A stretch of DNA of 64,000 nucleotides from Leucoraja ocellata (taxonomy: Eukaryota): assembly GCA_036785375.1 (NCBI GenBank), contig JAWMAR010000030.1:5952001-6016000 (forward strand), written 5' to 3'. The position numbers and the translations under genes are program-made. Position 1 is the first letter of the stretch; each line of letters opens with the position of its first letter. The notes under the pieces are model-generated. The model was not told the DNA's origin and searched no databases. It worked only from the letters and a program-made list of their open reading frames with translations. This document shows, piece by piece, positions 1 through 13,483 of this stretch.

Positions 1-400
1 GGTCGACAGAGCGGTGAAGAAGGCTTTTGACACTGGTCTTCATTAGTAAGAGCATTGAGTATAGAAGTTGGAACATTATGCTATAGTTGTACAAGATTTT
101 GATAAGGCCGCACTTGGAAAATTATGCTTAGTTTTGGCCACCCTGGCATTGAGATGAACAGAGTGTAGAAAAGATAAACGAGAATCTTGCCAGAACCCGA
201 GGGACTGAATCTTAGGAAAAGGTTGGGCAGGCTAGACCTTTATTTCTTGGAGCGTAGGAGACTGTGGGGCGTTCGTATAGAGGGGCGTGTATAGGGTGAA
301 TACACAGTTTTTGTCCCATGGTTGGGGAATCAAAAATAAGAGGTTATTGGTTTGAGAGTAAAAGAAGAAAGATGTAAGAGTAACCTGGTTAATTAGTGAA
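1..400 (+). mobile_element. Decayed CR1-type LINE fragment (RT C-terminal region)
   Basis: Degenerate match to the CR1 ORF2 end seen intact at 51905-52430 (aggccgcacttgga = RPHLE; ttttggcca, cf. FWSP; ggttgggcaggctagac). Boundaries are approximate. Confidence 0.7.
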
Positions 401-1384
401 TTAGATGGGTTTTCAATCAACAAAAGTCATTCTTCACAAAAACATTTCTTTGAGTTAAAATCACCCAGCAATCATGATGGGATTTGGAAGACATGTTACT
501 CCAGACCTCTGAATGACTGGTTCATGCCTATGATTACTAGTCCTGAAACGTGACCAGTATGCTACTGTGTGTACTCCAGTGAATGAAAAGTTGAATCAGA
601 AACATTAAAATGGAAAGTAGGCCAGGGAGATTTAGAACCTCATCATGTGAAATGCAAATTCTTTCATCTTGCATGTTAAATTAGCTGATCTGTACTCTTG
701 AAGAATAACAATCTGACCATCACCAATTTTATTAAATTAGTATGAAAGATTCACAAGTCTGGTGTTACACGAGTGCACTACTTGCAATGCATGTGCCCAA
801 GTGTTTCACCCATGCACATACACTCTCCAGAACACCTGTAATTGGAGCGTTCCTCGTTTCAATCAGATTGCGAGGAAGTAACATGTTCATGACACCCCCA
901 TGAGAAAAAAAGTTTAGAGATCGGATAAAAATCAAAAGTCGTCACAACATAGTAATAATTGCCCTCATTCAGTCTAGCAAAACTGAGGCAACTGTATCAT
1001 TTGTAAACATTAGATAAGCTTATTTCAATTAAAAGTATGATCCAAATCAAAAACTTAAACCAGAATATTTAACAGGTAAAGACTGCAGTTTACAACTGCA
1101 GTTTGAATTGTAAAGTCCGAGTAGTAATGGGATTTTTTCCTATTAGAATTTTCTCAAAGCCTCTGAACAAATATTCTAATTATTGAAGTAAAATAATATA
1201 CAGGTGTATTAGAATAATGGCAAAATAGTGATGTGCTTGATGAGCTCTCCTTTAGCTTCTAAAGTTACAAAGGTGATAATAAAAAATTGTTGGCACATCA
1301 ATTTGTTAAGATTTAAACCAAAAAGCTAATTCTCAAATTGTATCTATCGAGCAATATCAGATATTGACATGAAGAGCTACTTAC

Positions 1385-1528
1385 TTGTAACGCACTGTTG
1401 AGAAAGCAGCTGTTCTGCCCAGGTTCATTCATTAGTCCCTTACTTGCCGCGATAGACGTTGTGCTCCGGGGCATAAACATCCCCTGCAGATTATTGTTCG
1501 GTGTGAAATAATTCTTCCTCCAGGACAT
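1385..1528 (-). CDS. USP54: Ubiquitin-specific peptidase 54, first coding exon (48 codons, MSWRKNYF...[18 protein letters not shown])
   Basis: Translation matches the vertebrate USP54 N-terminus (MSWKRNYF...[32 protein letters not shown]). Phase-0 donor CAA|GTAAGT at 1385/1384. Lies downstream of MYOZ1 as in other vertebrates. Later exons are outside the window. Confidence 0.95.
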
Positions 1529-2364
1529 CTTAGCTGAATACTTTCACACTTTAATACTTAGTGTTTTACAGCAAAATTGCTGTTTTTGTTAGCCGAAGGG
1601 GCAGATCATCTCACATCAGATTACAAAGTATAAATTTAACGTCACTCAAGTTGTCCCACGAATGTGCATTAAACATCATAGTAGGGGGTAGACCTTCAGC
1701 ACCCATTCCTCGAAATTCCATTACAGTACTGTAGACAAAAACCAATATCAAACATTTCTTCCTTTTGCTCCAACATAAGTTTTAAAACAGCGCCTCATGA
1801 TAAATTACTCCCACATTGAGGCTGTCCAAATTGTTTGTATAATTCCACAAGCAATTAATTTGAGTCATTAATCCAGCTCCAGTGTTTTAGACTCACAGAA
1901 AAGTGACCCAGCTTTCACAGTACCACAAGCTGTAATTTTTAACTCACAATCTGGAAATGAAGATTCCCATCACTTAGCAATAACTGAAGGCCCAATAGAA
2001 GTATACCGAACTTCCGAGTTCAGCACAGAGTTATTCAAATACTGTAAAACAGCACGGCGATCTCTGAAAGATGCAAACACGTCAGGTTCAGCCAGAACAC
2101 TTCATTAACTGTTGCATCATGTATTCCTTATTTGTTCAGCGTTCTGCCTTTGATTAAGCTTCCGTGATACGATGGCTATGAATTCACTGCTTTAAAGCAG
2201 CAGCCAGAAGCTCCAAAATGTTACTTAATCTTTTCTGGATCATTAATCGAGTATTTGAAGCTTACGTGGGCTATGTCTGTACACTTTGACCAGTCTCTCT
2301 CTTACCCAGTGGTCTGTTCTTCTGCTAAATTGTTCAGATCAGCTACAGTTTATAGGACAAAAAT
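1529..2364 (-). other. USP54: Probable 5' UTR portion of the USP54 first coding exon
   Basis: Strong acceptor ctaattgttttttttctcctttgttttcag| ending at 2365, with a branch-point-like CTAAT. The sequence has no recognisable repeats. Alternative acceptors exist near 2064 and 1729. Confidence 0.5.
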
Positions 2365-3683
2365 CTGAAAACAAAGGAGAAAAAAAACAATTAGATTGTT
2401 CCAGAGCTTACTGGTTAAATGAGATTTGCTTTAACTTCAGCAGATTGCACAAATATGAGACAACTGGTTTGTCATACCTTATACATTCCCTAATGGTGAA
2501 GCATGCCACGTCAATTCAAAATACAAGGAATACCGAGAAACCACTGAATTTTTTTTACAGGAACAATAGCACTTCATTTATCCAATGAAATGAAAAACAA
2601 TGTATTAGTGCTCACTTCCTTCAAGGACGTCAGCCTCCACGATAAACAATTAAACCTTTAAAAACGAATGACTCATACACTAGACAACAGATAGCAAATC
2701 ACACCATGATGAGGTCATCACTTAATATTTAACCATACCAGTTACACTATGAATAATAAACCTATGAGTGCTTGCTAGTTGAGAACAAAAGGAGGAGCCA
2801 GCATGCTTTGTAACTTTGTCAGCGCCGTAGGTGGCCGCTATTTGTATATAGTGGGTATGCAAGCAAAGAATTTCACTGTGCCTTGCTCACATGTGACAAT
2901 AAAGAATTCCATTCCATAATAGCAATGCTAGATACCTTTGCAGCACCAAATGAATATTGCAGAAAAAAGGTACACTTAAACAGCAAGGCAGCATAAATAC
3001 AAAACAAATGACAGTGCAAACGTTTTTGTGATCAATAATGACCCTGTAAATTGACAATAGAAATCAGAACTTGACAGATCAAGAAAACTCAATCGTCATT
3101 AATGTCCATAATGCACCAACTGCATCGCCCCATAGCAGAAACATCCACGTCGCGGGGCTGGAAACTGCAAGTATCCTGAGCTAATTCTGCTACCACCATC
3201 TATTGCGACGTGATGGCTTCCACTGATTGTCGCCGGAAGCTTATGTCCTTTTCAGGACGGACGATGACAGTGAGGCCAACATTTGCAACAAGATGGACAC
3301 GAAAAGACCAACTGCATCATTGTAACGACTGTTCAGTTTCCTTCTATTGTTCGCTCAATGACTTCTCCCACATACATTTCCCAATCGACAACAAATTATT
3401 TGACAGCTAACGCTATCAAAGCTGCTTTTGATGCAATCAATCATTATCGTATGGATGTTATCTAATGATTTGAATGAATTGAAGTAATATTGTAACTACC
3501 ATATTTGAAAATCAGGAACCATCTTACCATTACAAAGTTAGGCTGATAATACAAATCTTAATTACCCCTTTCAAGTTAGATAAACACACAATATTTCACT
3601 CGGGACACAGTAACTAAAGCAGAGTTAAAACTAATGAAACAGGATTCTTTTTTTTTTGGATTATCACAAATCAGATTAGAACA

Positions 3684-3971
3684 GCAGCACGGCAGTGCAG
3701 CAGTAGAGTACACTCTTACAGCATCAGAGACCCGGGTTCGATCCTAACTATGTGTGCTGTTGTACGTTCTCCCCAGACCGCATAGGTTTTCTCCGATTGC
3801 TCCAGTTTCCTCCCACATTCCAGACATACAGGTTTGTTAGTTAATTGGCTTCAGTAAAAATTGTAAATTGTCCTTAGTGTGTAGGATCGTGTTTGTGTAT
3901 GGGGTAGTCGCTTGTAGAACGGACTCAATGGGCTGAAGGGCCTGCTTCCACATTGTATCTCTAAACTAAAC
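3684..3971 (+). mobile_element. HE1/V-SINE (tRNA-derived head, V-domain, LINE-like tail)
   Basis: B-box gggttcgatcct, V-domain (ttctcccc...ggttttctcc...gtttcctcccaca), tail gggctgaagggcctg...tgtatctctaaactaaac. Confidence 0.85.
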
Positions 3972-4934
3972 ACAACACTTTATTCCGTCTTATTGAGTTA
4001 CAAGATCACTTGATCTGCTCCCTATATTTCAATGATTCGAACACAATCCATTTGTTTATGTTTTATCCATCTTTGCAGCTATACTAAAAAAGTGTAGCCC
4101 TTTGTTTTCCAGATCAAGGATAGATTTGCTTGAGTTACATATGCAATCCATAGACAACATCACATTGTTTGTTCTCTTCACTCCAGTTTCTCACAACTGA
4201 CTTGTCAACCTAATTCTTGCTCTGAAATTATTCTGCACAGAATTGAAAGCAATTACCAGGAAGAAAATAAGGGAACAATTCCCCCGCTCTATGAACCTCT
4301 AGCTCCAGCCTCAAGAAGTATGGTACATCTAAATAAATTCAACAAATTGAGTTTTATCATTTCCAAATTTCCCTCCCAGTCTGAAGAAGCTTCCTGACCC
4401 GAAGCATCATCTATTCACCTATCCATATTCTCCAGAGACGCTGATTGACCCGCTGAGTTACTCCAACACTTTCTGTTCTTTCCCTCCTAGCTATCTTCAT
4501 TTACCTGGCTTGACTCCAAATTGTAAGATGAAGTTGCCTAACAAAGTTTGCAGTTTCAGTCTTGAAAGTTCCAATTAATACAAGGGGGAGGTGGGGAATT
4601 TCCAAATTTGTACTACCCCTTGCTGAAATCAAACTTCCTAATCTCATCCTCAGAATAATAGATCCAATGTTAAGGCTTTGTTTCCTTGTTCTGGTTTCTC
4701 CCCACAAGAGGAAACACTTACCAATGTCCATTCTAATAAATCATTTCATTATTTGAAAAAGCTGTATTAGATCACCTCCCAACATTCTAAATTCATGAGA
4801 ATACAAGCCGTATTAGTCACCTTCATTCACAAGTGAACCGTTAAGGCCCAGGATTATTCTCATAAATCAGTGCTGTATGACCTCCAAGGCCAACACATAC
4901 TGTTATGTCCAAAGCAGTATTGCTCTTCGAATCT

Positions 4935-5555
4935 AACATTGTTAGGTTGGTGGGGGTACTGCGTGTCGGCTTCCCTGCCGGCAGTGTGTTCGTTATTTCG
5001 ACTTTTTTTTTGGTGCATCTAAATGTTAGTTTTGGTGTCTCCTTGGTGCGTCTTGTGTGGGGAGTAGTGGGGGTGGGGGGGGGGGGCTGCTTTTGGTCGC
5101 CTCCTCAACGGAGAGGCAACTTTTTCCATGTCGCCTCCCTCGCAGCCTAACATATTGGAATAGAGCGGCCTTTCCCGGAGACGTGCCTGGAGCTCAGCAG
5201 CGAGCACAGCGTGGACTTTTCCATCGTGGAGCGGGCGAACCCTGGCCGGGATCGCCCGAAACAAGTGCTCCGATCGCTGGCCTGGTGACTTTGACATCAT
5301 GGGGTTGTGGTCTGCAGAGTGCCGATTCGGGCACTCCAAGTGTGCGGCGACTACGCATGGTTCATGGCCCCGACCACGGATGAACAAAGGAGGAGGACTG
5401 ACTGAACTTTCTTGCCTTCCACCACAGTGAAGAATGTTTGGGTTCAATTCTATTGTGTATTGTGTGTACTTTTTAAGTGTATCACTGCTGGCAAATTCAT
5501 TTCACTGCACCTTCGGGTGCATGTGACGAATAAAATTGGCTTTGACTTTGACTTT
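4935..5555 (+). mobile_element. CpG-rich non-autonomous retroposon with Rex/Babar/L2-type tail
   Basis: GC-rich body ending in atttcactgcacc...catgtgacgaataaa(tttgac)n. The same tail occurs at about 2870-2915, 58940-58990 and, inverted, about 29470-29520. Confidence 0.55.
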
Positions 5556-5660
5556 CTATAAAACAGATATAGCACTTTCTTTGTAATGAAGATGAACATA
5601 AAGTTCTGTGATTCATTAACATAATCACTTTGAATCACTAGACTGCCAGCATATTTAACG

Positions 5661-5724
5661 ATTTAAATGATCACAGGCTTACACAGTTTCATATGAAACA
5701 GTGTAAGCCTGTGATCATTTAAAT
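5661..5724. repeat. 64-bp palindrome with one mismatched pair
   Basis: atttaaatgatcacaggcttacac-a-gtttcat|atgaaac-a-gtgtaagcctgtgatcatttaaat; the outer 24-nt arms are exact reverse complements. Confidence 0.95.
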
Positions 5725-7369
5725 AATTCTAATAGTTGTGGTTTCCGTGTCACACAATTACTTATTCCTCAGCCTAAAAAAAAACAAAAAAAACATTGAA
5801 AATGTCAGTCGAGCTGGAATCATAAAAAGAAAATGCTATTTCTTCGCCCTTTTTTTCCTCCAGCTTAACTATTTCAAAATCCAATATCCTGCACAGTTGC
5901 AGTGAAATTGCACACAGCAGCAAACCAACGTTTTTTGATATCTGAGCAGCAAATTGCTGAAGTATGAACTATAGAATGCTGTAATTACACACTAAAAAAT
6001 GTTTTAAATTATTAATAATTAATGAAGTCAAAAATTGTACTCTCCAGTGTACAGTAGGCCAAGTGGTATGTATTTTTTCCCCCAAACCACCAGTATCTTC
6101 TGCAGTAGAACATGTAGTCATCAAATACAGTAACAGTCTCACATGTCATGCAATGGAATGCTTAGATGAATTTTAAAACTGTGGGTACATACAGACACGG
6201 TACCAAAAAGAGTGCAGTTTGTAAACAATGCTTTACTCATAATGTACCACTTAAACAAAGTGTAGCTCTGCTGTTTTCCCTCCATGTTGTCGCCTGAAGG
6301 TCGATTAAAATGTTAATACTTGTGAAACAATTCTTAAGGATGCACCAAATGCTAAGATGAAATCACCTAGTTCTCATTAGTAATTTATATTGAGATTTCA
6401 TATCTTAAACTTGAATTATACTACCAATTTCGGTTTGGTGCTATTGCAAACATACACATTCAAGCTTAATAATGCACAAAATACACCCGTTTACAGTGAA
6501 ACTGCTTTGTCAGTTTCCAAATGAGTCATAGCAGCATCCAAGCCATACGTCTGCTTCAAGATGAAAGAACGACTTTTTAAAAAGTCAGACATAGTCAGTA
6601 ATAGATAACTTGCGTGGGATTACTATCTCAACCACATCTCTCCCTCACAAACATCATCAGAAATACGTTACTCAATCAACTGATAATTGTAGGATCGTTT
6701 TGTGCAGTCATTTACATTGAAACAATAATTATCTTTCATATAATCCATCATACAGAATGTCATGAGAGATAGCATATATGAAAATGTGTTTTTTTCCCCA
6801 CACACTCCCATTTATCTATGGTTATATTAATACTTTTCCCCTCTCTGACTTCTTTTCTGAATGGAGGTTGTAACATCTTCAAAAAATCCTTACTTTAGAT
6901 ACAAACATGTAAAAAATAACATTCTTTACACATTCTAGTATACAGCCTTTTTGCAAAACACAATCTGTTCGAGCCATTTAGGTATACACTATACCCAAAG
7001 ATCAATGATGAAATTCACCAGAGCATTCAATGATTCAGCAGAGTCTCTCGTCAATTGAGGAAAAGGGCATTTGATCACCAAGACCGCCGACTTTGCATAA
7101 AACTCGTGGCCAAGGGGGCAACTGTATTCACTGCTCTCTTATCTGCTGGTGAGACCAGAACAACATGCAGAAGGCACTAAACAAATACCACCATTGTTAT
7201 CTTCACATAATCCTCCAAATTCTAATCATTTTGCCCCTTGTTTCTTTCAGTCGGCAAGGTTGAGATGGCCATGTAATTTGCATACTACACACCAGACTTT
7301 TGAAACAGATAGCTCTATCCTGAGCAAATTACTGGGTGGATAGAGAAAAAGATTTAAGAGAGTTATCAA

Positions 7370-7690
7370 GTATTCTTTGAAGGCATGCAACATCTCCATT
7401 GGTTCCTGGAAACTTCTGAATCAAGACTGCTTAAAATGGAAAAGGGACATTCGAGATGGTTTATAGAATCACAAGAGCATGCATCAGGCACACACAGAAG
7501 TCCTGTGCATATCGTAGAGACTGCACATCATCTTACAGACCCAGGCACTTGCCTGTCCTATCAGCCATCTTTTGCCCAATCTTTAGAAGAGCCAACAATT
7601 CCTACATTGGTCTCATTCGTACCTCAGAACTCTCAATGCCAGAATGGAATTAAGTTATCCCTAATTCCATGCGAATGTCTAGAGGAAACA
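7370..7690 (+). mobile_element. Decayed RTE-type LINE 3' end
   Basis: Remnant resembling the RTE C-terminus (aaatggaaaagggacattcgagatgg; tacattggtctcattcg...cctcagaactc), with frameshifts. Confidence 0.45.
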
Positions 7691-10600
7691 TCCCAGTGCA
7701 TTGCATGAACAACAATGTATTACTCCATTGTTCTGCTCCATATTTTTCCAACACATACGAAATAAAATTATTGATCATTTTAATATCTATTGTTGGTGCT
7801 TTGTTATCTATGTAATGCTTACAGTTCGTACCCATAAAATAACAACATTTTATTTGTTAACAAGACATCCAAGTGCTGTTTTTAAACCAAGTCATAGATT
7901 ACTGTAGCTTTCTATGCACAGTAATGATACTGTACCAATGTAAGCTGCGCTTTGTTTGTTGTGACTTTGTATACTTGCATTGTGCTTCATAAATGTGTCT
8001 CAAGGAAGTAAATTTCCAGTGACATTGTGCTTTTGAATTCTGCATTGCCCAAACTGGCAGGGCAAATTTCCATATGTTGTTGTGAGATCAATTTGCTGTC
8101 ATCTACAAGTAAATACAGGAACACCAGCAATTGCTCCATCTCCATGTCCCAGCTTGAAATCTAATTGCAGTGTACTAAGAACTTCATTTACTAAATGCAG
8201 ACACAACAGAGTACTTATGGAAAGCCAAGGTCATTATTTTCTTCCGGGTGAGATAACTGGATGAGAATTAGCAGTACAAACATTGACAGTGTGATTCTCC
8301 TTACCCTCGATTCAAAGGTAATTCAGGTACCCCAGTTGATCTTTTTGTACAATGTATTACACAAAATCATTTCACAATTTATGGTTAACTGGTAAGATAG
8401 ATTTCTTCCGTATTATTATTTCAAGTGGGGCATTGAGGACTGTGGTAACCAGGGGTCACAATGTGAGCCACAACAACAGCTATGTCAACTGGATGGTGTG
8501 GCAACTGGTGAAAAAAGGCTTGCGGATGCACCTTGTGGAAAATATCGGTGACTCTGCCGGGAAAACGGCCCTCGTTCTAGTTCCGCGTCCCTGTGTGGCA
8601 CTGGTAGAGGCCGGAACTGGAAGAGCAGCAAGTCCGAGGGATTCATTTATATCTTTGAAGATTGCGGGAAGCCCTCACAATCCTCCAGTTGCGATAACTC
8701 AGGTCATTCAGGAAACTGAACCATTGGTTGAGAATTGTTTACGCAAGTGCAAGTTTACGGACTTCTGGTGGCACGATGAAGCGGTGAAGGCGCAGCATTG
8801 AGCTCACCGTTCAGATCAAACCTTATACTCACTGTTATCACCGGGCAGGAAGGACAGCACCATGGTTCAAAAGCAGCTATCTTTCTACAACTATCAGGTT
8901 CTTAACCAATCTGCACAGACCTAATCCTATCTCTTCAATCAAGCACTGTGATCCGCCTCTTGACTACTGCAGACATTTTTTTCTAATTACAGTTTTGCAT
9001 TGATGTCTTATTTTTTATTTGCATAGTCTTCTTTATTTTTTAGAAATTGTATGCGTAATGTATCATTTATGTATAATTTGTTTTGGTGTGTTTGTCTGAG
9101 TCTACATGCCTGTAATGCTGCAAGATTTTTTATTATCTCTCATCATACTTGTTTGTGCATGACAATAAACTCGACTAGGCCCAAGTTGACAATTGTGAAC
9201 CTCAAGATATTTAATTGTCCAAAGGCCATTATAATGAAATATATTGTCAACACTTAATTTTTACAAAACAGCTTCACTCAGCATTCACCAAACCAGCTGC
9301 AACACCCAGAAATCTTAGCCGATTTGCATTTCTTTGCCCAGAATCTTAACAAGGAGCCTATCTATCCAATCTTACCAGCAATCGTGAGCTGAAATTATTA
9401 TCTTATAGTTCAATTGTATCTTCACTAACCAAAATTGTGAAGGATTTTGAACGTAAATGTTGTTTTCTCCATGTGCATTGACAGTTATTTAAAGCATTAG
9501 CAGGTGCTGCAATAACATTACTGTAAAGTACAATTAACTGATGATTTTGGTCAATAAGCTTAATATGTCGAACAATAAAAATAAGCTCTCTGGACAAATC
9601 CTTGATGAGTGATTATCTGTCACCAGCCTTAGATTTTTACCCATCTCATTAGCAGTCAAAAACCAAATGGAACAAGACATGATTTAATGTCAGATTTTAA
9701 ATGAGTTAAATCTGGTAAATATTAATATTTTCCAACAATTAAAATGACTTGCAAACAAAAAAGCCCATTTTGACATCACTGAATCATCTTTTCAATTTTA
9801 TCAACCATTATATATGTTAGATATTTTATTTGATTGTGCTTTTTTTAAAGATGAAATTAGTGAATAAATGAGATAAGGCACCAGCATTGCATCCGTATAG
9901 AAATGGAGAATAGAAACAAGGTAATTAAGTCCACAGTTATTCAGCCCCATGATATTTAAAATTAAAACAAATAGAGCTTGAAATATAATAAGACAGCAGA
10001 TCAGGGTGAGAGAACTCTGCCTTAATACTTCAGATCAATGACCTCCCATTAGAAATGGAGGATTTTTTGTTATCATTTCATGAGAAAGGCAGGAACACAA
10101 GACAAATACAAAGGGGAATGTTTGCAATAGGTGGGAAGCTACAAGGTGATGGCTGTGAGGGGTGTTAGAACAGGGAGACGCAGGACAATAATGTTTAATT
10201 TTGCTTGGTACATTGTTATATTAATCAAATACGGTAAAATGTAATAGTTTAAATACATTTTTACCAAGCAGAATAATGCAAATCACAGTGAGAAATAAAT
10301 TTTCCTGAGTCAATACAAATGTTCTCCGTAGCTTCAGTTTGTGTATGCTTTATATTTAATAAGCCAAATATTTACAGTGTATGTTCTAGTATATAAAAAT
10401 CTAATATTGGACAGACTGGATCATTATATTGCCCAATGGAATATACTGGCCATAACTTTGTTCCAAATGACTAAGTTTCTGCACAACACACACAGTTGCC
10501 ACAGAAACAAACATACAAAGCCAAAGCATATGAGTAGTGGAGGCACTTGTCCCCGACACCCATCAATCCACATTTCTCAAAGAAATTACATAGCAGCCAT

Positions 10601-11039
10601 TAAAGGATATTCAGGTCGAAGTTATTCAAAGAGAACAAATCGATCACAGCAAAATACGCAGCATAAAATTGTTAAGAATCTAGGGAAAGATGATGAGACC
10701 ATTATGAATTGCCGTTTTAATTCTTTTCAAGAATTTGATTCATGCAAAAATAAGTTTATTGCGCAAGACTATTCTGACAGTATTCATAACCCAAAGGGAA
10801 AATATATTTAAAAAGTACTCAACATTGATGATTTTACAAAGCAAACTGCCTACCTATAGCCACACTAAATTGAGGCATTTTGAGGTGCTGTAATGCAATT
10901 TACTTACAAATATGGTAATTTTCTCATTACGGTGCAGATGCATTTCATCAGCTACAATTCTCTACAATTCAACAACTTGCTGTCGCAATGACAGAATAAC
11001 CAAATGAGTTAGAATTACATTGCAACACCTCTATGACGT

Positions 11040-11330
11040 AGGTATAATAGAAGAGGTTGGTTCAATAGACCGACCGTGTTTGGGAGAAGCTGTTCTTAGG
11101 TCTGTTTGTCCAAGCTTTCAAACTTTTGTATCTTCTACCAGAAGTAGAAAAGAGAAAACTAAATAAGCCAAGGTAATAGGCATCCTTGACTTCCATCTTT
11201 CTGGTCCAATGCAATGTAAAGATAGTCTGGAAGAAATGAAATGCTGAGCCTGTGATGGACTGGGCTCTGCTCTTCAATCTCTGTTGGTTGTGTTGGTCAA
11301 AAGCAGAGCAGTTGCCATACAAGCTTGAGA
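11040..11330 (-). mobile_element. Decayed Rex1/Babar LINE 3' fragment
   Basis: Translation includes SGRRYKSLKAWTNRPKNSF, matching the copies at 23040-23644 and 46150-46727. Confidence 0.65.
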
Positions 11331-13131
11331 TCTTTCCTTTCAGATTTTAAAAGATCTCTCACTTAAACATCTTCCGTGAATTTGGCCAATTTAAATATAA
11401 TTCTCAAAATCAAGATTCCATAGTACAGCATAACAAATTTACTGATATTTTAACAATCTGGAATGAATAGATCACCAAAGTAGTATTTCTGGTAAAAGGA
11501 AGTTGACTCTCTGGTGCAGAAAATTAGTTAGGTGTCATATATACTCACAGTGTGATTCAAGATGAATTTGTCACCACATTTGACATGCCAAACAGAGCGC
11601 AAGAGTGTTAACAGACCATGAGAATGTTAACAGGGCCAAAAAATGTCAACAGTTGGAAAATGTTAACAGAAACCAAAAAAAATTAAGAGACAGAAAATGT
11701 TTACAGTGACTTAATCCAAAATAAAAAACGTTTTCTTAAAAACCACTGATCCAAAGCATGCAAGTTGGAAAACACAAAATAACGTGAACACATTAACATA
11801 TTTTAAAGCTCTAAACTGATCACAAAGTGGTAACATTAAGCCACATTTTATGTGGTATTTTTTATCAATCATTATGTAAATAATTACCAAAACAATAATG
11901 ATCTTTTCCTTTATCCATATCACTGCTTCCCACAATGTTATCAAGTTACAATTGCATCAAAAGAGCTCAAAGCAAACATTTCAAATTGGACATTATAAAT
12001 AGCTCAGTTGAAAACAAGGGCCTGGAAAAATTCCACAGCTCTATTTAGGAAACAAAATGCAAAGTCATATTAACACAACTAGGTAAAAATATGTAATGAA
12101 TAATAATATAATAAATTATCAGTTATATTGGGTCACAGGACCACAATATTGCAGGCCAAATTTAGTTGTTCAACCCTTAAAAGCTCTTCGTAGTTCAATG
12201 CTGTGGTGGTGTTATGGTTAGGATTGTACGGCATGGTTCAATAACTTGATGGTTGATGGGAAGAAGCTAATCTTGAACCTAAAGGTAAAAACTCTCAGGC
12301 TTCTGTGTCTATTTCCCGAAGATAGTTGCAAGAATTTCATTGTTCCATTCCCAGTGCATATGACAATTAAACACTCTTGAGTGTTATATAAAGAGTTCTT
12401 TATATAATGTGAGATCTTCATTCCCTTACTCCCAATAACTATTTCTTCAGTCTAATCAATGTTGGGCGAGTTGAAATTATTAACCTTCTATTTTTTTTAA
12501 TAATCTGTCCAAATGTCTTCCTCCACATCTCTTCCACTACCTGTAGAATCAAATCTTTGTTTAATTTTCTCTCCAAGTGGATTCTATTTTGATTTCCTTA
12601 TGGCCATCTCTTTTTTTACTACTGTCGCATTGTCCAACTGTATGTTCATCATACATTTTCTCCATCTCCCTTATTTTATTGCTGATACTAATCATTGCCA
12701 TTCAGATAATTTAATTCATTTTCAATTGAATTTCTTTATTAAATATGCCTTTTTTGGCTGCTGCTCCATACGGTTAATTTATCATTTGCTGTCCTCTCTT
12801 GATTTCCTTCTTACATGTTTACACCAAGATTTTATGAAAGGGTACTTTCTGTATTAGTCAATATTGTGCTTCTCAAACAGATTGAAAAATTACATTTCAA
12901 TTAGCTACTTTAACAGATGGTGATACTACACTTTGATAAATTAATCAGTAAAAACATCAGTTTTGCAAGATTTCAGCTAGAAACTGTTATACAATTCTAT
13001 AAACAGACCAACTTTCTTTTAATTATCCCATTCACTTCTCACCTTCACAGCAGTGCAGCAGCAGGCACCGAATAGTACACACCCAATATGGCATGCACTG
13101 GTGTAAAAACAATTCCTGCAACTTAAAAGAT

Positions 13132-13375
13132 CATTATTTCAAAGTAGGCACAAAAAGATGGATTAACTCAGCAAGACAGGCAGCATCTTTGGAGAGAAGG
13201 AATGAGTGATGTTTGGGTCAAGACCCTTCTTCAGACCCCAAACTCAACCCAAAACGTCACCCATTCCTTCTCTCTAGAGATGCTGCCTGTCCCGCTGAGT
13301 TACTCCAGCATTTTATGTCTATCTTCGATTTAAACCAACATCTGTAGTTCTTTCCTACACATTATTTCAAAGTAG
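13132..13375. mobile_element. Fold-back Penelope terminal-repeat mini-insertion with 16-bp TSD
   Basis: Two inverted arms of the Penelope 3' terminal module, flanked by cattatttcaaagtag at 13132-13147 and 13360-13375. Confidence 0.85.
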
Positions 13376-13483
13376 CTTAGAGGAGAAAAAAAAGTTTTTG
13401 GATGTAGGCTGGTAATCATCATGTCATTTCAAGCTACTTCAAAAATACACATTTTTGTTAATGTAAAAGACATCGGGACATGT

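Noticed and set aside
770-840. Possible USP54 second coding exon (minus strand has ag|GTGTTCTGG and a CMG-encoding stretch)
   Set aside because: The translation (VFWRVYVHG*) does not match the expected VLWHLDIFRRSFRQL..HKCMGDSCIFCALK, and the polypyrimidine tract is poor.
1313-1384. C-terminal part of the 71-aa ORF (VSSSSCQY...)
   Set aside because: Intron read-through past the GTAAGT donor at 1384.
3684-3760. tRNA gene (B-box GGTTCGATCC; also at about 44280-44350)
   Set aside because: It continues directly into the V-SINE body and forms no cloverleaf, so it is a SINE head.
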